Shown in pieces: positions 24,531 to 38,212 of a DNA stretch of 64,000 bases. The stretch spans positions 47,926,001 to 47,990,000 of the forward strand of contig NW_024704742.1 in NCBI RefSeq assembly GCF_018977255.1, given 5' to 3'. The notes beneath the pieces were generated by a model. The model was not told the origin of the DNA and did not search any database. It worked only from the letters and a program-made list of their open reading frames with translations. Source of the DNA: Callorhinchus milii. Lineage: Eukaryota. Each line of letters begins with the position of its first letter. Positions within the stretch are counted from its first letter, which is position 1. Both the position numbers and the translations under genes were made by a program.

Positions 24531-26570
24531 GTGTTTTCTTATTAAAAGCAGAAGTAGGGTTGCTTTGCTTTTTCTCACCATCCCCTACCGTTGCCTTTAC
24601 ACTTTGTCTATTTATAATCAGATGCCAGTTTATGGGAACATTTGTTAGGCATAAACTCCCACGTTTAATACAATGATTTCAATGATAATACCTGCACCAA
24701 AGTGGTCAAAATGTTTATAGTATGGAGTATTGTACTAAATACAGTAATGTATAATCAAATGGCTTTGACATGCAGACTCAATATGTACTCAGTACTCTTC
24801 ATCCAATAAGTATACTTTTTCTTCAGTGAGATAAGGAAATATGGCAAGATATATTTATACCAAGTATACATGTACATCAACAGCAAGCTACTGAATGCAC
24901 AAGTGTTCAGTTAATGATTCGATCTCCACTGAATGCAAAGATCTTCACTATAATGGGTTTAATATATTCTGACACCTTTTACCAGTTTATTAAAACATGT
25001 TTTAGACATTTGACTATTCCAGATGGAGTGTTACCTGACCTAAAGTAGCCCAATAAGTTGTATTTGGAAGAAGATACAATATTCATCCATGGCATAGATT
25101 GGAGAGATGATTTTGATGAAAACAATTTCTAACTGAATACGTTTGGTTATAATTGGAAAATTAAATTTTTATCCCTTCCTTTTGTAATGAAAGTCTTTCA
25201 CCAGTTATACAATCTGGATTAAGGACTTCTACATGGCGGCAACTATTACTCTGAACTAAAATACAAACACAACACAGCAAATTAAGAGTACAGTCAATTT
25301 TTAATAACAGCCAAGACTGCTGTTTCCTTTTACTCTTCTAGGCCAAAGGTAATGGATTGGTTGAGAAAAGTAACTTGGGGTTTTCCATTGTCTCTCTGAA
25401 TCTTGGTATATAGATTTTCTTGGTTCTTGTACTGTAGTCAATTAGAAATGACTTGTTCTCTGCTGTTCCCAAAGTTGTTAGTTATTGGCCTTGGATAAAA
25501 GATGGATAGATAAATCAACTTGATTTGTCAGCTCAGTGAGCTCAAATATAAATGTCAATGAAAAATGGGATTTAGTTGAATGCTTCAGTATTTGTTATAT
25601 ACATTAAAAAGGCACCATTTTTAAAATGTAAATATCTAGATTGGAAAAGTTATATTTTGAAATGTTAGATACTTGTCTTACATCACTTTGACAGGGTGCA
25701 TCTTAAAATTTACTTTGAGACATGTATGTATAATGGGATAAAGCAGAGGATTTAGTTTTTATTTTAGAGCTACATTAATAATCCTTGCATATAGACTTGA
25801 TGTAGAACTCAATATGCTAACTATTGTAGTTAAAATAATGTATTAAACAGTTTTATGAAATGCTGTTTGTTCTTAAAACTTCATTGCTTCATTGGCTTGA
25901 GAAAAGCCCAAGAATGTGTGGAAATGATAAAAACAAACTTACTGTGCAAACTTTGACAGTATTATTTTTGAACCCACACTCTCAATATACTTTGTGCACA
26001 TTTGTATCAATACAAGCCACATTTTTGTCAAGATTATTGCAAATAAGTGATCATCTACGTATCTTTACCCACTTTATCTAAATGTGCAATATGCGTAGGT
26101 TACAATGTGTAAACTTGAACACTGCAGATATTGTGCATGTCTAAAAATTACCCCTTTATTAAAACAATCAGTTCCCAATACTTTTCCATTTAAACCTTTT
26201 ATTTAGGTAGAACTTTACTCTGGTAACTGTATATAAGGAGAAAACAAAACAAATGCTTTACTGGAGTATTACAGTATAAATCTTTACCTGCACTTTCTTT
26301 TGGAAATTTGTGTATCTGTTTGACACCTCTGTAGTGCCTGGTACCACAGTTAATCCTGGTGTATTAAAAGACAATGATGTACATCTTTGAGTCCATTTTC
26401 TCTTCCTTGATTGTCTTTTTCAAACGCGTACAATGTAGAAAGCATCTCATACACCAGCAATGAGTTTTGTATTTATATCTTCCATAAAGTTGGTAATGGA
26501 ATGTCAGATAAATTGCAAGATATTTAGGATGAGAATTTCAAGATGCTCTAATATCCGAAGTGTCTTTCAA

Positions 26571-27518
26571 CACTCTGTGTGCTCCTGTAGAAACTTCATC
26601 AAATTGTTTCTGATGACCCTTCCCTCACTTTTTGCCTTCATTCTTGCAAATTTGCCTCTCTTGATACTTCTTTGGTAATCACACTTCCCAATTTACCTCT
26701 TGTCCTCACGTAAGTAGCTTTATGTTCTTTCCCCCTCTCTGATAAAATTAAAATGTATTACATGCCATGTTGGAGTCCTGTAGCTCAGTGGTTAGAGCAC
26801 TCACTTTGCAAGTGAGAGACTTGGGTTTGATTCCCGGCAGGGTGAAACCTTGGGCAAGTTTCCTTACTCCACACTCCCGATAATAATCCCTCAAAAAATA
26901 AATAATAAATTAGTCATTACAATCCACGACTGTTGTGGGACACTGCTGTGCGCAGTTTGCTGCCGCATTTCGCCCACAAACACGCAGTCAATTCACTTTA
27001 CAGTCTATTCTGTGAGACGTCTAGAAGACGTGAAAAGTGCTATATCAAATGCAAGGATTATTATGACACGAACACCATCTGACTTTAAGCTCGATTTTAT
27101 CTACCCATATCTTGAAAAACATCTCATTTCCCTGTTACTCTTCAGCCTAAATCTTAGAGATACACATCTTCAAGGGGACCTTATAACGATGTACAATATA
27201 TAAATACAATGTGTATATACATATTGTACATATACAGCCTTTAATGAGCTATTAGTGAAGACAGTTAATAGTTTGATCCTGTAATGGGAAGATGAGGGTG
27301 AGTGATCTTGCAATAGTCCATCCACTTCCCAGTTGTTGAATCAGTGGTATTAAACGTATTAAACATACTATTATACAGTCCCAGGTACCAGCTTAGTCAA
27401 AGACAGTTTTGACTTGATCTGACTTTGGGTCAGCTCAGCATGATTTGACCCACACTTTTTCTATGTAGCATAACAAAGCGCAGACAAAAGGCCACAGAAT
27501 TGAAAGAATGGACAAAAG
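26571..27518 (+). repeat. Local duplication, copy 2 (interrupted by a SINE)
   Basis: Matches 18913-19549; carries an extra SINE (26771-27064) and a ~40-bp fold-back insertion near 27200-27240. Confidence 0.9.
26771..27064 (+). mobile_element. Full-length tRNA-derived SINE
   Basis: TGGAGTCCTGTAGCTCAGTGGTTAGAGCA head through CAAATGCAAGGATTATTA tail. Confidence 0.95.
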
Positions 27519-28031
27519 AGTGCACCGATAAAAGGGCAAACGTATTGTTAGGTATACTATTGTAGTGAAACTATGCTGATCGTGAATTCAATTGATAACA
27601 GGCTCATGTTCTCAAATGGCACCTACAGGACTCAGAGCAATACGTTCACTTGCAAAATGTGTTTTCTTACGATTTCTGCAATAATATCACAAATTGAATT
27701 CCAATACAGCAGCAATTCATTATTGAGGGCAATTGACTTTTTTTATGTGAAGTGGCTTGAGATAGGAGTTTGGCCACCATCAGTTTCAAATGCAAAAATT
27801 GTGGAAAGTAGCCTAATAAAGGGTTGCTTTGGTTACTGCCCACATGTTCTACATTTTGCAGCATCTCATTGCTCCATGTCTATTAAACTGATTTTGTTTT
27901 TCATTTGCAACAAAAAAAATGCAACATTTGCAACCTCTCCTTTTTTCAGGTCCCCAATTGTTACCCAGAATTGTTCAACAGTAAGCATCTGTTTACAGAC
28001 TTCTTACAAGTGTCAGTGTCATAACCATAAA

Positions 28032-28317
28032 AACAACAAAATTGCATTTGTAAAGCGCCTTTCATGTCGGGAGGACATTCCAAGGCGCTGGACAGACAGA
28101 ATTACGGACCTGAGCTAAAGGTCGGGGTGGGGGAGGGCAGGGAGATCGAAAGCAAGGTCGAAGAGGAGGGTCTTGAAGGTGGCGAGGGAGGAGATGAGAC
28201 GGAGGGACTGCGGGATGGAGTTTCAGAGGGTGGGGATCGAGTGGCGGAAGGCCCGCCCTCCGATAGTGGGGTGAGCAAGGCAGGGGATGTGAAGCGGGCC
28301 GGAGCCCGCTGAGCGGA
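28032..28317 (-). mobile_element. L2 LINE 3' fragment
   Basis: Reverse complement of the L2 3' end, as at 1272. Confidence 0.9.
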
Positions 28318-29293
28318 CATAACCATAACACTAACTATATAACCATAATACTAGTTGGGAGTTCAATCATTCTGTGGGAAATATTTATAACTAAAAATGT
28401 CTTTTATCCAATCCCCAGCTCAGGTGCAAACCCTTGACTGTCCAGTGCCGTGGGACATCCTCCCAGGAAAGGCGCTATTCTAAATACAATTTATTGTTGT
28501 ACATTAACAAAAGGAAAATAAGCACAACTTGGTACATGATTCATATTTTAATGGAATTATTGGTTTGTCCCAGAACTGGTCCCAATAAGCTAAATCCGTC
28601 TCTCCTACACCATTGTTCTGGAGGACATACATATATACCTGCTTTATCTTTGTTACTATACTGATTGGCACGTGGCACAGGGAGCGATCCTGACATTACA
28701 ACACTCAAGGTCCTACACCTCAAAGTATCTCTAAAGCCTGAAATTGTCTCTGCAGGAACTGAAACCTAGTTTTATGTGATCGTTTGACAGATGATAAATG
28801 CTTACATACAGATGCGGTCTCCACACAAAAATAGCCATTTGTGTCAGCATTTGTCATTTGTTAAACGAGCACATTAAATTTCTATGGTGACTTTCCTTTA
28901 TTCTGGAAAAGCTGCAGGACTTGATTTAAGTGATTGCATAATCAGAATATTAGATTCAGGTAACCAAAATTGTGAAGTGTTTCTCACACCTCAAGGTTTT
29001 ATAACTGATTTACTAGGCCAGAGAGTATGCTTTGTAATAGACTTTCTTTTAAGTTCTCACTGAAAGGTTTTTTATTACAGACTTCTCTTTAAGAGTTGCA
29101 AAATGCAAGGATTAAAATGTAATATTATTAGTAACTTGCCCTCCAGTCTGCATCCCCCACAAATCACTTCATTTTGGCAGTCAGGTATGTTACTGGGAAA
29201 ATAAGCAGAACATGAGATGTGCACAAGGGATTTTTTTTTAAAATTGCACTGGCATTCAGCGCCCACTTGATTCCCTCTCCCTATATGCAAATG

Positions 29294-29465
29294 AATAATT
29301 ACCCTTGCATTTGACGTAGTGCCTGATCACGTTGTTGTGACACCACGGAGTGCTTCACAGGATTTACTGTAAAGTGGAGCGACTGTATTTTGTGGGTGAA
29401 AAACGGCAGCCAATTGCGCACAGCAATGTCCCCAAAACAACCATGGAGTAAGTGACCAAATTTAA
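29294..29465 (-). mobile_element. tRNA-SINE 3' half
   Basis: CCTTGCATTTGA..GCTTCACAG..GGCAGCCAATTGCGCACAGC. Confidence 0.8.
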
Positions 29466-32049
29466 AAAAAGCACAACCTTTAGCTGCTCTCCTGTGCTCT
29501 ATGTGAATGCAGCCTGCTATTGGTCATATGGAGGGCATCTCCTTTTCCAGCATCATTGCTCCTTTCCCAACTTCCCTTAATTGTTTACTCTTGTATACCT
29601 TTTAAATCAGCCCAACTAGCCTGAGCCTGTTTATAGTCCACATGAGATTCACCCACCCTTATCCTCTAATAGATATGCTAATATTGGTTAAGACCAAAGG
29701 TACAAATATGGAGGATGATGTTCAAAGATTGAGAAAGGTGCCAAATTAAACTGCTAAATTCTTCTTCAATGCATCTTTTGCATTCACTGTCCTTCCTATA
29801 TTTGCCTAGCAGTAGCAGTTTTGCATTCTGTAGGTTAGAATACAAAGCACGATTAAACATGCAGCAGGTTAGAAGCTCTAAACAAAAATACCACTTATGG
29901 TCAGTGTTAGCTGTGGTCACCTGAACAAAAATATCTCTTTAAGGAATTTTGAACTTTTCATCTGAATTATTTAAAATCTTCAAAAGATCAGAAACGCCTC
30001 ATTGACAAAAGCAACACAGCAGCTAAAGATTAAGCAGCGTTAACTTTCAAAATATGGTACTGTAGTAGAAGTACAACAAAACCAAAGGTAGAAAAAGATT
30101 ATGTTGTTCAGCATCCATTGAAGAAAATTGGAACAGACCAAAAGTGCATGGGGGTGTAAGAGAATATGAAAGTGCAGCCTATAGCATTAAGCTTGAAAAT
30201 TAAGCAACTTTATTATTATCATCTGAGATAATAGATCAGTTAATGAGAATTATTGCCGTAACTTCCAGTGGTTCTTGTCGAGTACCTGGAAGAGGAAATG
30301 GTGGGAGAATATTGACAAGACCATTGTGGGCTTTTGCTTATTCCTTATTCTTACATTAGTAGCAACCTTTTAGTTTCAAATGTGGTTAAGAAATATTGTT
30401 GGTAATCTTATTTGTTAAAGATTAACAAACTGAAGCTAAGCACTGCAGTGTATATTTGTGGCTCAGGACAGTCTAAGTCAAGTTTCACTGAAAACCTCTT
30501 GATGAGGAATTTCATTGCGATTCAGAGGATTATGGTACAAAACCAAATCTACATCAGAAAATAAGATTAGACGTCACTGCAATGGATTCTCTCAACATTC
30601 ACATCAAAGATGCCGTCAAAATTCTATCCTAAGACAAGCTTGACCCAGGGGACAACATAGCTTAGTGGCCATTTAACATTTCGCACTGAACATTGCAAGT
30701 AGCATGAAAGAAATCATTGCTATAAATTAACACTCATGAAACTTACTGAAGGCTGCAAAATGCTGCCCCTTAATTCTTTAGGTTTCTTCACAACAGATGT
30801 TTAGGTAAATCACAGAGAAGCATTAAATTGCCAAATCCTGATCATTCTTCTGGGAGGAAGGGAGATCAAGACCCGAAGGTGTAATCTCTATAAGAAATTC
30901 ACTGCATGGGCATTTGATTTCTTACACTGTATTGTCTAGACCCAAGGAGCAACATATACTGTAGAAGCTTTCTGGACAACATTGCAAATTTCTTTGATTA
31001 GAAAAGATAATATCGAGATGGCAAATAAGAGCAAGAACACCAAAAAATAACAGCAAATGGCAGAGTGCCTCTCAAACATAACCTCATGAGACTAAACACC
31101 ATTCAAACCAATGAGGAAGACTATATCCCATGGTAGGTAAATTCATATTCTTCCTCATTTATTTAACCTCTACATACAAATAAAAGAATATCAAAGTAGA
31201 TCAAAAATTCTGGAGCAAGTACAGGTTTCAAAATTCATTAAGCTTGAGTAGATCATATACAGTGACTGGCTGAACGCATGAAAATGCCAAAGCTATGGAA
31301 GGTTGCAAGTCCTTTCTGGGAGAAGTGATGAGGCAGCATGCACACACTTTTAGTTATTGTAATCAGTGTCAATGGAGCTTGTCTGAATTGGGGCAGATGA
31401 AGGACAGATATGTGCCTGTTGGCAAATTGAATGAGCAATGTTTGAGCGAACCAAAGCTTCAATTGTGCCAATCACAGAAAATCTAGGATCAGATACAGGT
31501 CTCCTTGAAAAGTTCGTAAATCAACCTTCCCCATAGGTGAAAAAAATTAAACCAGGGTCATAGATCCAGCAGATAATTACATAATCTATTTATTAAAGTT
31601 GGCAGGCAGCAGTGGGTGTGTAAGCATTCTGTAAGTGCTTAGCCACATACTGTAAATATGGGGTGGAGAGGGGTGTTCATCAGATACGTCCTTCCTTAGT
31701 GGGAGGTAGACATTTGTTCTTTCCATTTCCCAGTCTCTGACTTTCCTGCAATCTAATTGTGCTATTTTTTTGGGGTGGAGGTGGGTCGGGGGAGAGGAAA
31801 GAAAGGATAAAGTCATATGTGCATTTATGTGTGAGTGAGGATAGTTGGGGTGGAGAGGAAGAGGAGAAAAATAAGAGGGGAATCCATTTTATGATAAGAG
31901 TGGGTGGGATCAGCTTCATTGTGGTATTAAAGGCCATCATCTAAAATTGAGTGATTGATAATGATTTGTAACATTTGCAATTGTTTTTACCCTATAAGAT
32001 AAACAATCCTCTTTGTTATTCAGTAGTTTTCAAGAGAGGTAAACAGTGA

Positions 32050-34036
32050 ACCATGAGACACCTAGAAGCATTTATTTTTTATGCAACAAAAAATTTAAAT
32101 ATGATCATGTGTACATAAAAATGTACACAATAACTACACTGAACAATGTCTGGAATCAATAACATTGATGCAACAGTAAAGAATTTCTCTAAGATAAACA
32201 AACATGGAGATGAGCGTGAACAGGGAGACAAACTGGTGAAAAATAAAGTTTTAAAAAAAAATTCAACATACCAATAAAAACACTCAGTTAAATGCATTAA
32301 CAATTTGAACTGTTTTAACTGTCTTCATAAGCTGCCAAAATCCAATTTGTTTCTAAAACACTTCATTTTTTACATCATTGGTTACAGAGCCTGGTAACTT
32401 GGAAACACCTCACATCATAAAACTGGTCTGTCTCTAAGGTACCTCATTTACTTCAAGATCTGATACAAAAATCTGAAACACAAAATGTTTCCATTTACCT
32501 TTCGGAGCAATAGTTTTACAGGAAAGAAGATAAAAGGCCTCTGATAAAATTTCATAAATTAAAAGTACTAAAAGTAAGATTTTTTTTAAAAGTATTGTTA
32601 GGTTAGAGAGGAAATGTTGAGGAAAATTCTCTAGTGGAACTGGTTAACACCCCATTTTACATTTGCCCATTTCCAACACTGCTCAATGTTAAAAAATAGA
32701 ATTTGAGGACTGCCCCAGTGAGCAGAATTCTCACACTCGACACCCTCAGAACGGCAAATTTGAACTCCAGCCTCACTTGCAAAGAGTAAGCTTCGTCAGG
32801 TTTCAGCCAGCTTACCAGATGGAAGCATTTTGTAGCAACAGAGCACTCCACTGTGTGTGAGTGAGCGAAAGAAGAGACAGAAAGCATGTGCACGTGCGAG
32901 AATAGAAAGAGGGGGCCGAATCCATCCTAATAAGCATATCTCAAAAAAAAAAGCAACATTGCCAGCAACCGAGAAAACAAACCATTCCACTTTCCTGGCT
33001 GAAAGAAGACAGCAAGAAATGATACTTGTGTGTAGGTATGTATGTAGGGGGGGAAAAAGAAAAAAAATCGACCAAAAAAGGCAGTAATTCCAATATCACT
33101 GCCATCACTGGAGCTCAGTCTGTACTCACTGGTCCTCAGCCTGTATTCACAAAAGACACACATTTCTCTGCAAGTTCCAGTAACTATCAATATAAATTAC
33201 ACAAAAATAGTGTAAGGAAATTGCAAATACAGGCCTGGGCAGTCTACAGTCACACAAACCATGCCCAGACGTTTCTTTGAGGATCAACAACATGGACTCA
33301 GTGCAAAACTTTAGAGAACAGTGTGAAAAAAAATCTCCCCACCCCAACATTAAATGGCAGACTTAGTATTACACCTGAAGTCTTCACTACAACATTTATG
33401 GCAGTAGCGTCAAATATTATAAGCACATACTCAACTGCTCTTTTAACCACAGCTGTTTTCTTGTATTCTTTCACTCTCACCCAAATCAAGTTCTATTTAA
33501 AAAGGGACTATTTTTAAATAACACAAATGCTTCCGCCTGCAAATTTGATAATAGTAACATGAGACTCTATAATGCACCTTTTCCGACTTCACAAGTCAGT
33601 GTAATAACTTACTTTGGAAGGTAAAACTGCTGCAGCAAATTACTAATGCATAATTAAACTGGTTACATAAGACATCCTGTAACAAAATCCCAATCTAAGG
33701 GATCATTTTTATGAAGTGTACATATATGTTAAACAATCTTAACATAGAATATGCTTCATAAAAACAGCCCCAGGGAATTACTGACTGCTGGAGTAGCATC
33801 TGCCCTCCAGCAATGCAGAAGTTAAATTTTAGTTAAAATTTAAATGGAGTTCAATAATATCTTAACCAAAGCTCTGAAGCAGTGTTGTCCTGATGTTTTG
33901 AAGGTGAGGAGGTTGCGTATAGTAATTAAGTTTTTGTACAGTATCTCAATCCTTTTATCTGGTACGTTTCCTTCAGTGGCAAGGAACACTTCTTTCTACA
34001 GCCTTCGTCTCCTTCCCTTTGGCATGGATTTTCTTT
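32050..34036 (-). other. PDS5A: PDS5A 3'UTR
   Basis: ~2-kb repeat-free stretch from the TAA stop to a canonical AATAAA with upstream UGUA motifs. Confidence 0.8.
32071..32076 (-). terminator. PDS5A polyadenylation signal AATAAA
   Basis: TTTATT on +; two TGTA (CFIm-type) motifs ~35-55 nt upstream on the minus strand. Confidence 0.75.
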
Positions 34037-34040
34037 TTAC
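34037..34040 (-). CDS. PDS5A: PDS5A last exon coding part (last base of the Arg codon plus TAA)
   Basis: ttttctattgtttttggatgtag|G TAA completes ..MDLQ(AG|G)R*. Confidence 0.85.
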
Positions 34041-35194
34041 CTACATCCAAAAACAATAGAAAAGGATAAGTGTCAGAAATTAAAGGAAAGAAAAAGATGT
34101 CTCACCGAACAGGTCACATGCAAGTTGGTTTGTAATAATATTAATATCCTTATGAGATCAAAGAAACATATAGAAAACCCAAGAATGAAGAATGGTTATA
34201 AATATTTCTAGAAATATTGAACTGTGCTCAGCAGAATTTCAACACTTCAATCCTGAAATATACTCCAGTAGGAACCACTTCTACAGCGAGAAGAGGCAAA
34301 AATAGACTTGCTTTGTCCTGTCAGGGTTGGTGATCAACCATAAGAATGAGTCTACGATTAAAAAAGCTGAAAGCCTGAGACAGTTTTCAATCCAGAATAA
34401 TATGAGGCAGATATGATTCACAAATTTAAAATATCATGGCTAAGAATGTCAGTTTTACTTGATTACCTTCTATGGTCAGAGAAAAATTTCACAAGTGCTA
34501 TCTTTGTGAAGGTTTTATCTGGAGTTATTCATTGCCCACATCAGATTTAAATACGATGTGCACAGTCTGCTGGGAGATCAGGCTCGATAGCTCATGTGGC
34601 TATTTGAAACATAAACCTATCTTTCTCTTCCAGATTCTTTTCTATGATATTAGGAATGTTAGAGCTGAAGCAGGTCAACAGGTTCAATGCTGTGATAGAG
34701 CCTGGGCACGTTATCTAATCAAGAGACTTTCTGGTCCGAAGGCAAGTTGTGGTGTTGAAGACATCTTAGCTGGTGTCCCAGCTCTTTGAAACTAACTTGA
34801 ATTCACTGCCCTATTCTAGTAAGATTTCATAATTTGTCACTGATACTACTGCACCTTAAGAAAGCTTCCCTTCGCTAGTTTTGTTTTATCAATCTCATCC
34901 TGGCTGCTCTCACAGGACTTAAACAGGTCCAGTTCCTCAGCTGAGCTTTCTGGAGTAGACTCCAGTTCCTTCACTGAATATCCATCACTGTCCAAAACCT
35001 GGATTCTGAAAAAATAAAGAGGGCTAGAAATCAGTAGCAGGAAAACTCATTCCACTCCCTTAAGGTACTGCAATTATGTTATATATAAATTACAAAATCT
35101 GGACCAGCGACAAAAGGCAAAGACAAGAACAAAATGCACCAACAATGAATATATGAGAACACAACTAAACGCTAACCACGAATTAAAGACAAAC

Positions 35195-35550
35195 CTTTGT
35201 AGATCCATTTGTCTCTGTGCTGGTGCTCTCTTGACATTTGTTTCTTGCTGTTTTGGTACTTTTACATTTGTTGCTTCTGGGTCTGCAGGGCTTTCCTGAT
35301 TAGCTGCAGCTCTTTTTCGGCCTCTTCCTGCCGGTTTATTTGTGTCGGTGTTTTTTCCAACGTTGCTCTCAGACACTGCTTTAGGGGGACGACCTCGTCT
35401 GGCCTTGGGTGGAACAGGTCCTGCTGTTTCTTCAGACTTTCGTTCTTCCGGGGTCTGTTGAATGTTCTCTGAGCCAGCAGCAGGTGCCGTCCTTTTCTTT
35501 CCACGCTCTGTACTTGTCTGTGGTGGTAAAGACTGTTCAGAGGACATCTC
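35195..35550 (-). CDS. PDS5A: PDS5A penultimate exon (C-terminal disordered region with AT-hook)
   Basis: aacag|GAG ATG TCC..CTA CAA AG|gtttgt; 356 bp; EMSSEQ..RGKKRT..RRGRPPK..GRKRAA..RQMDLQ. Confidence 0.95.
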
Positions 35551-36151
35551 CTGTTATAAATAGGACAGAGCATACACAGACCGATGCATAATACTGCTAC
35601 AGACTCTGTAATTTAGGATTTTTAATCTTCTAAGAGTGACTTCAAGATACCCCCTGCACTGTATGAGGTAATAAACAACACTTTAAGTAGCCACCTCCCT
35701 GAATAACTGTTTAAAATAGAAGATATTCTCAAGTTTGCGTTGGTCCAAAAGCATCCCTGCAGAGTCACATCACACTGGGTTCTCCAATTGAGACACAAAA
35801 TTCATTCCAATGCCAATCTGATCGGTCAGTCTTCACGTCAGATGTGAGCAAACTGGGCTTACTTATTATCCTGATATCATTCCCTGCTCACTAGCATTTG
35901 GATAAACTAAGTTGCCAGTCAGTTTAACTAATTTCCACATGACTGCTTCTGGACTGGCAAAGTTGAGGTCATTTTCTCTTGAGAATTTACTTCATAGTAT
36001 CTCTTTTTGGGGTGGGTAGGAATAAGAATAGTTATTTATATTATATAAATGAATTCCCATCCACCTCTAAAAGTAATGCTTCATTTTAATATCTAAACAA
36101 ACTACAATACACCCCATGATATTTGGTATCTATGAACTGTATGTACCATAC

Positions 36152-36269
36152 CTTGTTTCTGACTGGTTCATCTTTTTTTTCTGTTTTAGCTGGCGTGACC
36201 GAAATCAGTATTACTGGATTCTCTTCATTCTCACTGACTCCAGTTTCTGAAGTTTCAGAATTCTGTTCC
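36152..36269 (-). CDS. PDS5A: PDS5A exon
   Basis: cag|G GAA CAG..AAC AAG|gtatgg; 118 bp; [39 protein letters not shown]. Confidence 0.95.
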
Positions 36270-38066
36270 CTGGTACAAAGTAAATCAAAAATAGTTTCCA
36301 TATAAATTTATTTGCAAGAGCTCAAAGAATTTTCAATTAAGTATTTATACTTAAATTACCGTACTGTAATTAAAGGTTTGTATTTGATATGTCTTTGATA
36401 ACCACAACTGTAGTTACAGAGGAGCAGTTCTATGCCATACATCAAGCTAGGCTGTAAATATCTGTATTTTTATGAAAAGGTTCACAGTTCATCGGTGGAA
36501 AGGAAACAGGACTTTTATACAATAGTTGGCCGCTTGTGTTTGTAGTGGCAGCAGAGCAGTACCTTTGTTGCCGTCTGTCAACTTGTTTAGGACATTGACA
36601 GTCCAAATTCCACTGTACGTGGGAACAGGCAATTGAACTGCCTTTGAATAAACCCATTATCATTAATTGGCTGTGCATGTATAGGTTACAGTCTAGATAG
36701 ATGCAACAACGTTAATTAGCAGCATAGAACATTTCTTTAGTTAAAGAGGTAATCTCTGGTTACCATTATCTTTTGTTTTCCTGGGATAAATAATAATTTT
36801 CATTTGGTAAAATGCCTTTCACATCAGGAGGGAGGCTCAACTGCTTCACAGGATGTAAAGTGAAGTGACTATGTTTTGTGGGCAAACAGTTGGAAAACTT
36901 TCAATCCAAACTGGATTTAAAAGTCTTGAGCTCTTAATCTGAAGTCTTTTTTAATGCTTTAATTTTGCCACGTACTGTACAGGTACTACGTCAGGGAGAC
37001 TATCTTGTGGGTGTTGCCTCCAGGATGTAAAAGTTTATACAGTAACAAGAAGGTTCTCCAGGAATTGCATGAGGCTGAATGTTATTATTCCAAGTACACA
37101 GTCATTCCCCTATTACACCAACAGAGAATACTGACATGAATAATCAGGGAATACAACCATGAAGACTTACTGCAAGACAACCAAATGTTAATTATTTCTG
37201 CTTCAGGAAAATATTTCATTCTGATGTGGATTTCTGCTTCTTTAATATCATAAAAATCCTTGCATTTGATATGGCAACTTATCACATTGTTGAAACATCT
37301 CAAAGCATTTCACAGGTTTTACTGGAAAGTGTGCTGACCATTTGCAGGCAATTTGTACTCTGGCCGTGCCATTTGCACATGTACCTCCATTTATCCTCAA
37401 ACAAGCACGACCACATTTATTAGCCCTATAAAACAATAGTTTCACAATCCCAATAAAAATCATGAAGTGACGCTGGGTAAAACTTTAGAAGCTGTAATTG
37501 TAACATAAGATTCTATTGTAGTTTGCAAAGGTTTATAATCACATGTGCAGATTTTTACAATCCTTACATTTGGTTATGTTTTTTTCATGGCAGAGACACA
37601 TCCCAAAACGCTTCACAGGAAATACTGTACAGTGCAGTGACTGTGTGTTTTGTTGGCGACTGTGTCACCGTTAAAAGCATATGAAGGAATCGGGAGCAAG
37701 TCATAATTTCTGCACAAACTGTTTCTATGGCCAAGTCCTAACTATTGCAGGCTGGAATATAAATGTTTTCCTGATTTCACATTCCCTAATCTAACATTAC
37801 TGATGTGGACATGAAACTGCTTCGAGTAACTATCTAAAGATTTTGAAAGCCTTCAAAGACCATCATGTAAAATTGCTTGTGGGCATTCTTTGCCATCCTT
37901 ATTAGAATGCAAATTTTAAAGTTTTACATTCAGAATATAATCAGCTACAAATTCAGAATATAATCAGTTAAAAGTTTGTTACATTTTAAAGAAAATAATA
38001 TTGTTAAAAAAACAAGAAAGAAAAATTCAGGAATTTACCAGCTACTAAGTATGAGAATAACCTTAC

Positions 38067-38212
38067 CTTCCCTTGTTTGCAGCTGGTGAGCTGGGTTCAG
38101 AGTTTCCACTTATATTGCTTCCAGTATCTGACACCGGGGTTCTGGTCTGTGGTCTTCTACCAGCTGCTGACAGAGGTTTGTTCACTGCACCCAGTACAGT
38201 AGCAGGTTTAGG
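38067..38212 (-). CDS. PDS5A: PDS5A exon
   Basis: tttag|CCT AAA..GGA AG|gtaagg; 146 bp; PKPATVLGAVNKPLSAAGRRPQTRTPVSDTGSNISGNSEPSSPAANKG. Confidence 0.95.

Noticed and set aside
27573-28118. Longest ORF in the track (181 aa)
   Set aside because: No recognisable homology, AT-rich composition, runs into an antisense L2 tail; probably chance.
37928-37967. Short direct duplication (TTCAGAATATAATCAG twice)
   Set aside because: Common slippage duplication with no further structure.
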